Positions 39,501 through 48,117 are shown, counted from the first letter of the stretch. The stretch: 64,000 bases of DNA from an uncultured Verrucomicrobiae bacterium (GCA_943788245.1 CALSPN010000046.1:635-64634), one strand, 5' to 3'. Notes: generated by a model from the letters alone, not told the origin. Translations and numbers: made by a program.

Positions 39501-39897
39501 TGATGGTGAGCTGATCAACAGTGCCGGCAGTGCAACTTCCGATTATGGGTCTGCAGATTTCACCGTTCGAATTGGTGGCGGCGGTGTTTACGATGGTTCC
39601 GGTAATCACTTTGAAGGAGGCCTGGACGAGGTAGCAATCTTTGACCGTGCCATCCCGGCAGAGCGTGTGAAAGAACATTTCACTGCTGGACGCGAAGGTG
39701 GAAGCAAGGCTGCTCCCGAGGTTGATCCGACCATATCCATTACCAGTGCGGATGATGGAAGCATCACGATTGAATTCGAAGGAGTATTGCAATCCGCTGA
39801 TACCGTCAACGGTGCCTACAGTGAGGTTGCTGGTGCTGCCAGCCCGTTTACTGTGACTGCTGATTCACCACAGAAATTCTATCGATCATCCCAGTAG
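36592..39897 (+). CDS. Giant secreted protein: [PA14 - Ig - SbsA-Ig] x2 + LamG + shared C-terminal module
   Basis: Signal peptide MNKINKTSKILTGALMFALTLCLAKAQ. Two PA14 copies (GDYTFWLSADDNADLWLS...IAREAGWSNARNW...YYIEAIVKEGGGGD and GEYIFFTNSDDPSDLFLS...IAREAGWSNARDW...YYLESLHTEGGGGD). Ig (PPYTYQWKKDGADIEG...GGFYTVVV). SbsA-Ig (RVTFSEPVDPATAGIKGNYSL and VKFNEEIDAATGAVKGNFSL). LamG (FYRFEE...GGLDEVAIFDRAIPAERV). Confidence 0.85.
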   Translation: MNKINKTSKILTGALMFALTLCLAKAQPSEPQGTITGRAWLDMGGTGLADITGSERFPDGFDVEVYLPYFEWNPSPDGDIFVPANNAYGDNYAAQIMGYFHPPATGDYTFWLSADDNADLWLSTDSDPANKHVIAREAGWSNARNWDSVGGGSVVEDKTSASFGATEWPSGNTITLQAGEAYYIEAIVKEGGGGDNLAVAVEDPNGEIDPTLPIPGEYLSSIQPSGPLSIVTQPMGGYVNALDPMTLSVEVAGTPPYTYQWKKDGADIEGAISSSYNIDRVDNSHGGFYTVVVTGAEGSVTSDATDITINSDIEAPTLAAATGSESFAAARVTFSEPVDPATAGIKGNYSLSGGVNVTGATVGAAPNDHIVTLTTSSQKEGTMLTITVNNVTDLFGNTIAADASMEFSTFIWQEGYVLHKFWQGTPNNIAGLIDDPRFPNSPDFVTLEPFWEYGPDGSNESGSNYGNQLVGWFVPPSDGEYIFFTNSDDPSDLFLSTDDDPANKLLIAREAGWSNARDWVGTGGGASNIDDKRSDFFADSEWPTFDISLEGGERYYLESLHTEGGGGDSVGATVIASNDADPASGDAPTLTGSLIGTYLDPNGASVNIIQQPADADVDEGTAGTLSIAAEGTSAYGNTVSLQWQQAAAGSDDFTDIPGATGDSYETGVLAVGDSGLQFRVQLSVPTVSATSDVATLSVVKDVTPPRIVSVTANSLNGLIVKFNEEIDAATGAVKGNFSLSDGVTISSASAAGQSVLLKTGSLTSDATYTLTVGGVKDLYGNAVPAGTTKSFVVSVVTYTDIILADEPIAFYRFEETGGMVAENFGTLGSDADGLWMSGTGPDDSIEWEVTNEEGPNPGEGFLGFGEDNLAASFNGDLDLLWIETQGQWLSNLDSFTLEYWVKPTNREGNGWSRVGIVGQNDAVEYGFINGTTIQIWTPGGGALNTTYEFPDDEWHHIATIADGSQIHNYFDGELINSAGSATSDYGSADFTVRIGGGGVYDGSGNHFEGGLDEVAIFDRAIPAERVKEHFTAGREGGSKAAPEVDPTISITSADDGSITIEFEGVLQSADTVNGAYSEVAGAASPFTVTADSPQKFYRSSQ

Positions 39898-39932
39898 GGA
39901 TTTTTGTTCAATTACTGAACTGCAAATAAAAA

Positions 39933-39960
39933 GGCCGGGTGTTTCACCCGGTCTTTTTTT
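39933..39960 (+). terminator. Rho-independent terminator
   Basis: Stem GGCCGGGTG/CACCCGGTC, loop TTT, followed by T7. Confidence 0.75.
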
Positions 39961-40092
39961 GGTCTAAAGCTTGGGAAACGGGACATGCGACAGAATAACT
40001 TCCATATTTTCCAACATTTTTCTTGTTGGATTGAGCTGACCAATCTTCATACTGGTGCTCAAATAACTAGGAATCATTGAAGAACAGAGCAT

Positions 40093-40812
40093 ATGGCGAC
40101 ATTGGTATTTGATATCGAAACATCGGGGCTCCCGGTGGAATCCTTTGATGAAACCCAACAGGAGTACTTGTTTCGGGAACTACAACGGATTGAGGATGAA
40201 GAAGTCCGTGAAAAGCGACGTGAGGAACTGACCCGGATGATGAGTCTGTGGCCATTGACGTCTCAATGCGTTTGTATTGCCATGATCAATGCTGAATCCG
40301 AAAAAGGGCAGGTCCTTTATCTGGCAGATGATTTTGATGTGGATGAAGTTGGCCAAGAGGGTGTGAAGTTTTTGCCTTTTCCTGATGAACACGAGCTGTT
40401 GACAGAGTTCTGGAAAGTCGTGCCTAAGTTTGATCGTATTGTCAGTTTCAATGGTCGTGGTTTTGATGTGCCCTTCGTTTATTTGAGATCTGCAGTGCTG
40501 AATGTCCCTATTTCGCGCAAGGATTGGTTAGGTTACCGATTTCAAACGACACCTCATTGTGATCTGATGGAGCAACTGAGCTTTTACAATGTCAGTGGAC
40601 GTGACGGAGCAGCGAGGAAGTTCAATCTCGATTTTTATTGTAAGGCGTTTGGGATTGAATCCCCGAAGAGTCAGGGGATTTCAGGAATGGACGTTGGCCA
40701 GTTGATGGAGGAGGGGCGTTATCGTGAAATTGCAGATTATTGTCTGCGCGATGTGTATGCAACCAATCGCCTTTATCAAATATGGAAAGAACGTCTTGAA
40801 GGGATCAAATAA
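40093..40812 (+). CDS. RNase H-fold 3'-5' exonuclease (PolB-exonuclease-like)
   Basis: ExoI FDIETSG, ExoII SFNGRGFDVPFV, ExoIII YCLRDVYATNRLY. Confidence 0.75.
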   Translation: MATLVFDIETSGLPVESFDETQQEYLFRELQRIEDEEVREKRREELTRMMSLWPLTSQCVCIAMINAESEKGQVLYLADDFDVDEVGQEGVKFLPFPDEHELLTEFWKVVPKFDRIVSFNGRGFDVPFVYLRSAVLNVPISRKDWLGYRFQTTPHCDLMEQLSFYNVSGRDGAARKFNLDFYCKAFGIESPKSQGISGMDVGQLMEEGRYREIADYCLRDVYATNRLYQIWKERLEGIK

Positions 40813-40919
40813 TTGGCCTCCAGGTAAGGTTGTACTTTGTTATATTATTTTACATAACCTTAAGATTGTTTCAGGAGAGCGCAGGGGGCTTTTTTAAGCC
40901 TGACAGTGCTTTCATCATC

Positions 40920-42075
40920 ATGAATCGAAAACGCCGATGGTTGCTGGTCAGTGTGTATCTTCCTCTGGTTCTTCTTGTGGGGTTGATAAGTTGGGTATTG
41001 TTTCAGCAGCAAGAACCATCTCTGGGTGGTGAACCTCTGTCACATCACCTGCTTAAACTTCAAGATGGTCACTCTGATATACGTGCCTCGAGCCTTGAAT
41101 ATGTGAGAGCTCACTCTGCTGAGTTCGGACCTTATTGCTTGAAGACCCTCTCAGGCCAATCCAACGTAATCCAGACTTGGCTCGAAAGCCTCCAAGGTAG
41201 ACTTGCTCCTACTCGCATAGGCAGAAAACTTGGGGTGAAAAATCCGAGGATTAATTTGCGTATCAGAGCGATGTCGGCCCTTGCGCTCGGTGTTTTGGAT
41301 GTCCCTTTAGAGAAAAAGATCCAAGCACTCAAGGTCGGTCTTTACGATAACGATCGTCAAACGAGGATGGAATCTGTCAAATCTCTCGCGAGCCTTAGGA
41401 GCTCATTCTCTGCAGATATTAGAGCCTGCTCTTATGGATAAAAGAAGTGGTGTTCGCAATGCTTCGCTCTATGGAGTCTATCTCCTGGGACCTGAGGCAA
41501 GTCCTGCTCTGGAATCATTGAAAAATTTGTTGATCAACGAGGATCTCAGTTTGGACCCATTGAGTTTTGAGGTGTTCCAGCGCGTGGGGCCAGAAGCAGC
41601 TGAGGTCTTGGGTAATGCATTGAATACAACTAATGTCGTCAAAAGGTTTCGTTTGCTCAAAGCCATTGTGTCGCTTGGGAATTCTATTTATCCATATCGC
41701 GATCATTTCATTGCTGGTTTAAAACATCCCAGCTCCAAAATCAGATCTGAATCGGCTCGGGCCTTGATGGCAGGAGGTCAAGTGCATGCAGGGGTGGCTG
41801 CGCTTTTGTTTCCCTTGCTCAAGGACGAAGAAGTCGAGGTCAGATTGAGCGTTGTGCAATTGTTGAATCAGCGTGTTCCTTTCACGGAACCTGCCATTCG
41901 TGATCTTCTTTTGTTGTTGGAAGATGATGAGAAGGAAATTCGGCGGACAGCAGGGTTCATCTTAGAACGTCTCACTCCGAAGGCCCCTGCGTCTAAAGAA
42001 GCATTAAGGGAGGCCTTAAAGTCAGAGAATATTTTCGTAAGAGAAGTGGCCGCCAGGGCTCTTGCGAATGAATGA
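40920..42075 (+). pseudogene. Membrane-anchored HEAT-repeat protein split by a +1 frameshift near 41392-41400
   Basis: ORF 40830-41441 ends ...DRQTRMESVKSLASL|RSSFSADIRACSYG*. The +1 frame continues the HEAT periodicity: LGAHSLQILEPALMDKRSGVRNASLYGVYLLGPEA... (ORF 41434-42075). Removing one base (the A at 41397 in CTT-A-GGA) gives a single ~384-aa protein. Confidence 0.6.
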
Positions 42076-42087
42076 GCTATTCAATGC

Positions 42088-42936
42088 TTACTTGCTTGCT
42101 TGAGAAACAGATTCAAGGTGACGCTGAATCTGTTCCATGTAAGGATTCGGGCCATCCGGGTAGGGTGTGTTCAACAAGCGAAACACGTTTTGATAGTCCT
42201 TCACCAGCTTTGGAATGACATACTCGTTAAAAAAAACTGGAGTCGATCGTAGTAGTTCTTGAGGTGATTTCGGGATTTCAATGGGGATACCCGCTGCCTG
42301 GCCCTGCTTCAGAGCTTCTATCATCTCTCGATGCAACAGAGGGAGTTTGGTGATGTAATCAGGGGATGCCATTTGACCCAACAAGTCGGCTGTTCCTACC
42401 ATGCACCCCACCAATTCATGAACTGAAGTCGTAAACAAGACAGGAGTGGTATTTTTGCTGAAATCCGTATTTTGTATCATGGATTTTACAGCAGACCTGG
42501 CTTCTTGATCGAAACTGTTTTGAAGCATCCATTGATTTGCGAAAGCCTGACTTCTTTCGACATGTTGGAAGGCATACTTGGCCCCGGTTCCATTTAAATC
42601 ACCCTTGTTCTTGAGATATCCTGTATCGTGAAAAAGAATGGCGATGAATCCCAACTCTGCAATCTCTAATGGTAGTGGACCGTAATCTGGCGTTTGCAGA
42701 TTTTTGATGACCAGTTCTGCATAACAAGTGGTGGCTCTCAATGTGTGACCTAAATCGTGATATGGCGCATCGATAGCTTCAAATTCCGGGTGATTACCGG
42801 CAAAAGCCGACTCCAGTGACGTCCAAGCATCACCGGCTTTCCCCATCTCATTGACCTTAAAGGCTCCACACCACAATCCCTTTACTTTATCTCGGGCATC
42901 GTACAAACCTTCATTGCTTTCGTTAAGTATTTGCAT
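42088..42936 (-). CDS. HD-domain metal-dependent phosphohydrolase
   Basis: YHDLGH and ILFHDTGY motifs (H...HD...D signature). No signal peptide. Confidence 0.7.
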   Translation of the reverse strand: MQILNESNEGLYDARDKVKGLWCGAFKVNEMGKAGDAWTSLESAFAGNHPEFEAIDAPYHDLGHTLRATTCYAELVIKNLQTPDYGPLPLEIAELGFIAILFHDTGYLKNKGDLNGTGAKYAFQHVERSQAFANQWMLQNSFDQEARSAVKSMIQNTDFSKNTTPVLFTTSVHELVGCMVGTADLLGQMASPDYITKLPLLHREMIEALKQGQAAGIPIEIPKSPQELLRSTPVFFNEYVIPKLVKDYQNVFRLLNTPYPDGPNPYMEQIQRHLESVSQASK

Positions 42937-43214
42937 CCTATCAAAGTAAATAATTCCTTCACCTTTGATTCATCGGGCAGGATACCAATGGTTCCGACGG
43001 TTCTCGTTGATTTGGCAATAGAATTAAATTTGCGAAATTAATATACAGCAAAGAGAATGCCAAATCAATGCGACAATGAAGTTCCGCAAGCTGCGGTCAT
43101 CGCTTCCTGTAAAAAAGGTGGTTCGCAGATAGGACGCTATCCAACGCCTTGATGCTTTGAATACACCATGGCGTTACTGGATAGTGGTGCGTCTACCGAT
43201 TGAAATTTTTAGGC

Positions 43215-43556
43215 CTATTCCGTCTTTGAATCAACGGGCCACTTCCATAACCAGTCTCCCTGTTTGTATTCCTTTTCAAATTTGCCGCCATCATCTGTTT
43301 CGTTCCATCCGATGGAGTAAAGTCGGAATTGATCGGCTTGAGTACGTTGGTAGCGCATAGGTTCGAAATCGGTGGGATCGAGTTCAACTTCAGGTAAGAA
43401 TTGTGGCACGAGTTGGGATAGGGATGCAGGATAGGTGGATTGATCCAGATAAAACTGTTCTAATGCAAGGGCTGTTCTTGCGAGACGGACTATTCCATCT
43501 GAGACTAAGGGTTGGAACTCAGATTCACTTGTCTTGCCAAATAGCAATGGCTCCAC
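43215..43556 (-). CDS. Pseudopilin (GspG-like) C-terminal domain protein lacking the N-terminal prepilin helix; possibly a gene remnant
   Basis: ARTALALEQFYLDQSTYPASLSQLVPQFLPEVELDPTD...FRLYSIGWNETDDGG follows the T2SS-G/pseudopilin globular-domain pattern. There is no hydrophobic N-terminus, and its start lies 6 nt from the divergent ORF start at 43563. Confidence 0.4.
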   Translation of the reverse strand: MEPLLFGKTSESEFQPLVSDGIVRLARTALALEQFYLDQSTYPASLSQLVPQFLPEVELDPTDFEPMRYQRTQADQFRLYSIGWNETDDGGKFEKEYKQGDWLWKWPVDSKTE

Positions 43557-43568
43557 TTAGATGTGACG

Positions 43569-45341
43569 ATGTCCAGATACTTTTTGAACCGTCTATGGTT
43601 GATGAGCTTCATGTTGCTTTTGTGGTGTGGCTTTTTCGTCAAAGCTGAAACCTTGGATCAGGTCAGAGCTGAAGCGGATAGCTGGCGTCAACAAAAGCGA
43701 TTGATTGATCTTCACCAGCATATCAACTCAAATGAAGCCCATCTGCAGCGTGCCGTTCAAATAATGGATGAGGCAGGTGTTGGGGTAGGTGTCAACCTGA
43801 GTGGAGGGTATGTGACGAGTAAAGACGATTCTCCCTCGGCATTCGAAACGACTAAAGCACTGGCAGATCGCTTGGCTCCAGGCAGGTTTTTGCATTATAT
43901 GAATCTCGATTACCGTCGATGGGATGATGAAGATTTTTCGGAGCAAGCGGTTCAACAGATCGAGGAAGGCCATCGGTTGGGAGCTGCGGGTTTAAAGGAA
44001 TACAAACGACTGGGCCTTTATCTAAGAGATGGTCAGGGCGAATTGATCAAAATCGACGATCCCAAGCTCGATCCGGTTTGGAAACGTTGTGGAGAATTGG
44101 GAATGCCCGTTTCCATTCATGTAGCGGATCCAGTTGCATTTTGGCTTCCCTACAACAATAAAAATGAACGGTGGACCGAGTTGAAGGATCATAAAAACTG
44201 GTGGTTTGGTGATCCTGATATCTTTCCCCCTCATCAGGAGTTACTTGCTGCACTCGAAAGAGTCATAGAACGACACACTGAGACCACCTTTGTCTGTGTA
44301 CATTTTGCCAACAATCCAGAAGATTTGGACTGGGTGGAATCCCAGTTGGACGCGCATCCCAACATGATGGCAGATCTCGCCGCGCGCATTCCTGAGATTG
44401 GACGTATGGATCCAATTAAAGTGAGACAACTGTTCCTGAAGCATCAAGATCGAATTCTATTTGCCACTGATTTTCAGGTATATGATCGATTGACATTAGG
44501 TTCAGGTGGGAGTGGTCCAGCTCCGACAAACAAGGATGCGCACTCCTTTTTCAGCAAACACTGGCGTTGGCTCGAAACGAATGATCGCGATTTCGACCAC
44601 ATGACTCCGATACAGGGGGATTGGACAATCAATGGTATCGGTTTGCCCGCAGATGTGCTGAGAAAGATTTATTTCGATAATGCGCGCCAATTATTGGCTG
44701 GATCCCTGCCGCACAGGACCGTGACAGCCAGGTCTATGGAGCAGGATTTTAAGCTCACCGGAGATTTGAGTCATCCTGCCTGGCACAATGCAGAACCGAC
44801 TTATTTAGAACAGGACTCGAAAACTGGAAAAGTGCTCCCGGAATCTTCGACCGAAATCCGGGCCTTGTGGTCTGATCAATACCTTTACGTTGGATTTAAG
44901 GCGTCCTTTGAGACATTGAACGCGTTTCATCCACCAAATCTCACAGGCGAACGCATCGGCCTCTGGGAAAAAGATGTGGTAGAAATGTTCATTGGCTCGG
45001 AACCGAAAACGATTGGACGATACAAGGAATTCCAGGTGTCGCCGACGGGTGAGAGCTTAGATTTGTCTTTGGAATTACCCAATCGCGACTTTGACTGGTC
45101 CAGTCAGTGGGCAACTGCTGTTAACGTCGATGAGGAAACACATATCTGGCGTTCTGAAATGAAGATTCCACTGGCTGCTATTGCAGATCAGGGGAACGAT
45201 GCCACGCCCAACAAAGGTGATCGCTGGCCTGTTAATTTTTACCGAATGGATACCCCTCGAAAGGGATTCCTTGCTTGGAACCCCACATTGCATGGCTCAT
45301 TCCATAAACCTGATCGGTTTGGTTGGATGAGGTTTCAGTAA
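43569..45341 (+). CDS. Secreted amidohydrolase-fold (TIM barrel metal hydrolase) protein fused to a CBM9-like carbohydrate-binding domain
   Basis: Signal peptide MSRYFLNRLWLMSFMLLLWCGFFVKA. IDLHQHIN metal motif, VSIHVADP, FATDF. The C-terminal segment LWSDQYLYVGFKA...WEKDVVEMFIG...YKEFQVSPTGESLD matches the CBM9/DOMON-like pattern. Confidence 0.7.
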   Translation: MSRYFLNRLWLMSFMLLLWCGFFVKAETLDQVRAEADSWRQQKRLIDLHQHINSNEAHLQRAVQIMDEAGVGVGVNLSGGYVTSKDDSPSAFETTKALADRLAPGRFLHYMNLDYRRWDDEDFSEQAVQQIEEGHRLGAAGLKEYKRLGLYLRDGQGELIKIDDPKLDPVWKRCGELGMPVSIHVADPVAFWLPYNNKNERWTELKDHKNWWFGDPDIFPPHQELLAALERVIERHTETTFVCVHFANNPEDLDWVESQLDAHPNMMADLAARIPEIGRMDPIKVRQLFLKHQDRILFATDFQVYDRLTLGSGGSGPAPTNKDAHSFFSKHWRWLETNDRDFDHMTPIQGDWTINGIGLPADVLRKIYFDNARQLLAGSLPHRTVTARSMEQDFKLTGDLSHPAWHNAEPTYLEQDSKTGKVLPESSTEIRALWSDQYLYVGFKASFETLNAFHPPNLTGERIGLWEKDVVEMFIGSEPKTIGRYKEFQVSPTGESLDLSLELPNRDFDWSSQWATAVNVDEETHIWRSEMKIPLAAIADQGNDATPNKGDRWPVNFYRMDTPRKGFLAWNPTLHGSFHKPDRFGWMRFQ

Positions 45342-45382
45342 TAAAGCTTGAACCGAGCCAAGAGCTGGCCCTTAATAGGTCC

Positions 45383-45478
45383 TTGCCAGGGCCCATGGAT
45401 TGTGGACTTACGAACCCCGCCAGGGCAGGAATGCAGCAACGGTAGTTTGCTCCGCATATGCTGTGGTAGCCCTGGTAT
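45383..45478 (+). ncRNA. ffs: Signal recognition particle RNA (small/4.5S type)
   Basis: The intergenic sequence folds by hand into one long hairpin. The closing helix is CCAGGGC (45386-45392) / GCCCTGG (45469-45475). The apical GGAA tetraloop (45428-45431) is closed by GCA/UGC and flanked by the conserved symmetric-loop motifs CAGG (5' side) and AGCA (3' side), as in domain IV of E. coli 4.5S RNA. A T8 run follows at 45478-45485. Confidence 0.7.
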
Positions 45479-45643
45479 TTTTTTTCTCTCGATTTCCTCT
45501 TACCTTACTTGACGCTCCAGCTTTGTTGTTTTCATCAGTTTCATTGGGGATCAGGTTCCCCAAAAAAGGTTTTCAGTAAATCTGATTTACAGCCTCTTGA
45601 AGATGCTTTTACATCCTGCTCATCAAACAAGCATTTTCCGCAC

Positions 45644-47941
45644 ATGACAAACGCAGCGAAATATATTGATACCATTTGTAAGGAGTTGAATCTACGGCCA
45701 AGTCAGGTTTCAGCGACCGCCAAGTTAATTTCAGAGGGGGCAACCGTTCCCTTCATTGCGCGTTATCGCAAAGAGGTAACCGGGATGTTGGATGAGGTTG
45801 CAGTGACTCATATTCGTGATCGCATGCAGCAATTGGTTGAACTGGATCAGCGACGCGATTCCATTTTGAAATCATTGGAAGAACGTGAATTGCTCACCGA
45901 TTCTTTGAAGAGTGCCATCCTGAAGGCAGACTCACTTACGACTTTGGAGGATCTCTATTTGCCCTATCGTCCTAAGCGGCGCACTCGTGCCATGATCGCC
46001 CGGGAAGCAGGGTTGGAACCATTGGCCCAAAAGATCTTTGAGCAAATTGATTTTGATGTCCTTTCCGGAGCGAAAGATTACATCAATCCCGAGAAGGAAA
46101 TCGTAGATGAAGATAAGGCCTTGGCGGGTGCCCGGGACATCATCGCTGAATGGATCAATGAAGAAGCTGCCGCTCGTGAAGAAATCCGCGAACTTTACAA
46201 ATCCAAAGCATTGGTCAGGTGTCGTGTGCTTGGAGGGAAGGAAGATGAAGGCCAAAAATACCGGGATTACTTTGACTGGAACGAACCTCTTTCAAAAGTA
46301 CCTTCGCACCGCTTATTAGCCATGCGTCGGGGGGAAGCTGAAGGGATATTGATACTCAGAATTCATCCTGAAGAGGAGGATGCTCAATACAAACTCGAGC
46401 GCCGTTTTGTTAGAGGTGTGAACTCAGCCTCCAAACAGGTCAAGCAGGCCGCAGAGGATGCTTACAAACGTTTGCTTGGACCTTCCATTGAAACAGAGAT
46501 GCGGATGGATTCCAAAAAGCAGGCAGATGAGCAGGCCATGCAGGTTTTTGCCGATAATCTTCGCGAGCTTCTCCTTGCCTCACCTTTGGGTGAAAAGGCC
46601 ATGCTGGCGGTGGATCCGGGCTACCGAACCGGTTGCAAAACCGTGGCCCTCAGTGCGCAGGGCAAGCTATTGCATCATGATGTGCTTTACTTGACCTGCC
46701 TCTGAAGGTGAGAAAGATGGAGGCAGCGCGCAAGGTTGCCCGGTGGATGAAGGAATTTAAACTGGAAGCTGTTGCCATTGGAAACGGTACGGCCAGTCGG
46801 GAAACAGAGCAGTTTTTCAAGCAGTCTTCCTCTTCCCAAAGGTCTTCCCTATTGTCATGGTGAACGAAAGCGGGGCCTCGGTTTACAGTGCCTCCGAAGC
46901 GGCCCGTGAAGAATTTCCCAATTACGATTTAACGGTTCGTGGTGCCGTGTCCATCGGTCAGGCGATCTGATGGACCCGCTGGCCGAGCTGGTGAAGATCG
47001 ATCCCAAGTCCATTGGTGTCGGGCAGTATCAGCATGATGTGGATCAGAATGCGCTGAAACGCTCGCTCGATGACGTGGTGCTGAGTTGTGTCAATAAAGT
47101 GGGCGTTGAAGTGAACACTGCCAGCAAACAGTTGTTGAGCTACGTTTCTGGTCTTGGTCCTCAATTGGCCGACAACATCGTGTGTCATCGCAATGAAAAT
47201 GGCCCTTTCAAATCTCGCAGCGAGCTCAAGAAGGTCGCACGACTTGGGCCAAAGGCATACGAGCAGTCGGCCGGATTCCTTCGCATTCGTGATGCATCCA
47301 ATCCACTTGACCGCAGCGCTGTGCACCCGGAGCGATATGGTCTGGTAAAATCCATGGCGACCGATGTTAATTGCGCTGTTGAGGACTTGATGAAGAATCC
47401 AGTCTTACGCCAGAAAATCAAACTGGAAGCTTATCAAACCGATGAGGTCGGGCTGCCCACATTGACGGATATCATGGAAGAGCTGACCAAGCCCGGACGT
47501 GACCCTCGCAGTCAGTTTGAAGCGGTTGAATTTCAGGAAGGTATCGAGAAACCGGAAGATCTTTCACCTGGTATGAAACTTCCCGGTATTGTGACCAATG
47601 TCACGGCATTCGGTGCCTTTGTGGATATAGGCGTGCATCAGGACGGCCTGGTTCATATAAGTCATCTGGCCGATCAATTTGTCAAAGATCCTGCTGATTT
47701 TGTGAAAGTGGCTCAAAAGGTAAATGTGACCGTGCTGGAGGTGGACCTCGCTCGTAAGCGCATTGCCCTTTCGATGAAATCCAACCCTGAAATCGGTAGT
47801 GCCTCACGCCCTCAAAGATCGCGCGAACGCTCAGGTCTCAGGCATGAAACACCCCGGCCCAAAAGAGGGGAATCAAAACCACCCACCAACGACTGGTTTT
47901 CTCAAGCGCTTTCCAAGGCAGAGTCTCACAAAAAACGATGA
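45644..47941 (+). pseudogene. tex: Tex (S1 RNA-binding transcription accessory protein, YhgF family) interrupted by multiple frameshifts in 46690-46972
   Basis: N-terminal part: ...PFIARYRKEVTG...AVDPGYRTGCK. Middle part, in shifted frames: [15 protein letters not shown] and [36 protein letters not shown]-terminal ORF 46970-47941: DPLAELVKIDPKSIGVGQYQHDV...NTAS...GAFVDIGVHQDGLVHIS (S1 domain). The first and last ORFs are in the same frame. Confidence 0.85.
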
Positions 47942-48006
47942 TCCCTGCTGGTAACTTTATGGTAATGCGTCTCGTTTTCCATCACTAAGGCAAGACGTGT
48001 ATAATG

Positions 48007-48040
48007 AAAAACACCTGCTCGGATCTTAGCAGGTGTTTTT
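48007..48040. terminator. Bidirectional Rho-independent terminator between convergent tex and dxs
   Basis: A5 + stem ACACCTGCT / AGCAGGTGT (9 bp, 8-nt loop) + T4-5. Confidence 0.6.
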
Positions 48041-48117
48041 CATTTAAAAGGACTCTTCAAACAGGACAGCGCTACCCCTGGACAGTCATGTGGTTCACAA
48101 ACGATGAATATTCGACC

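Noticed and set aside
46690-46972. DGR-style adenine mutagenesis or programmed ribosomal frameshifting as the cause of the A-biased changes in tex
   Set aside because: DGRs cause A-to-N substitutions, not indels, and no reverse transcriptase or template repeat is present. Several consecutive programmed shifts without slippery heptamers or downstream structures are implausible.
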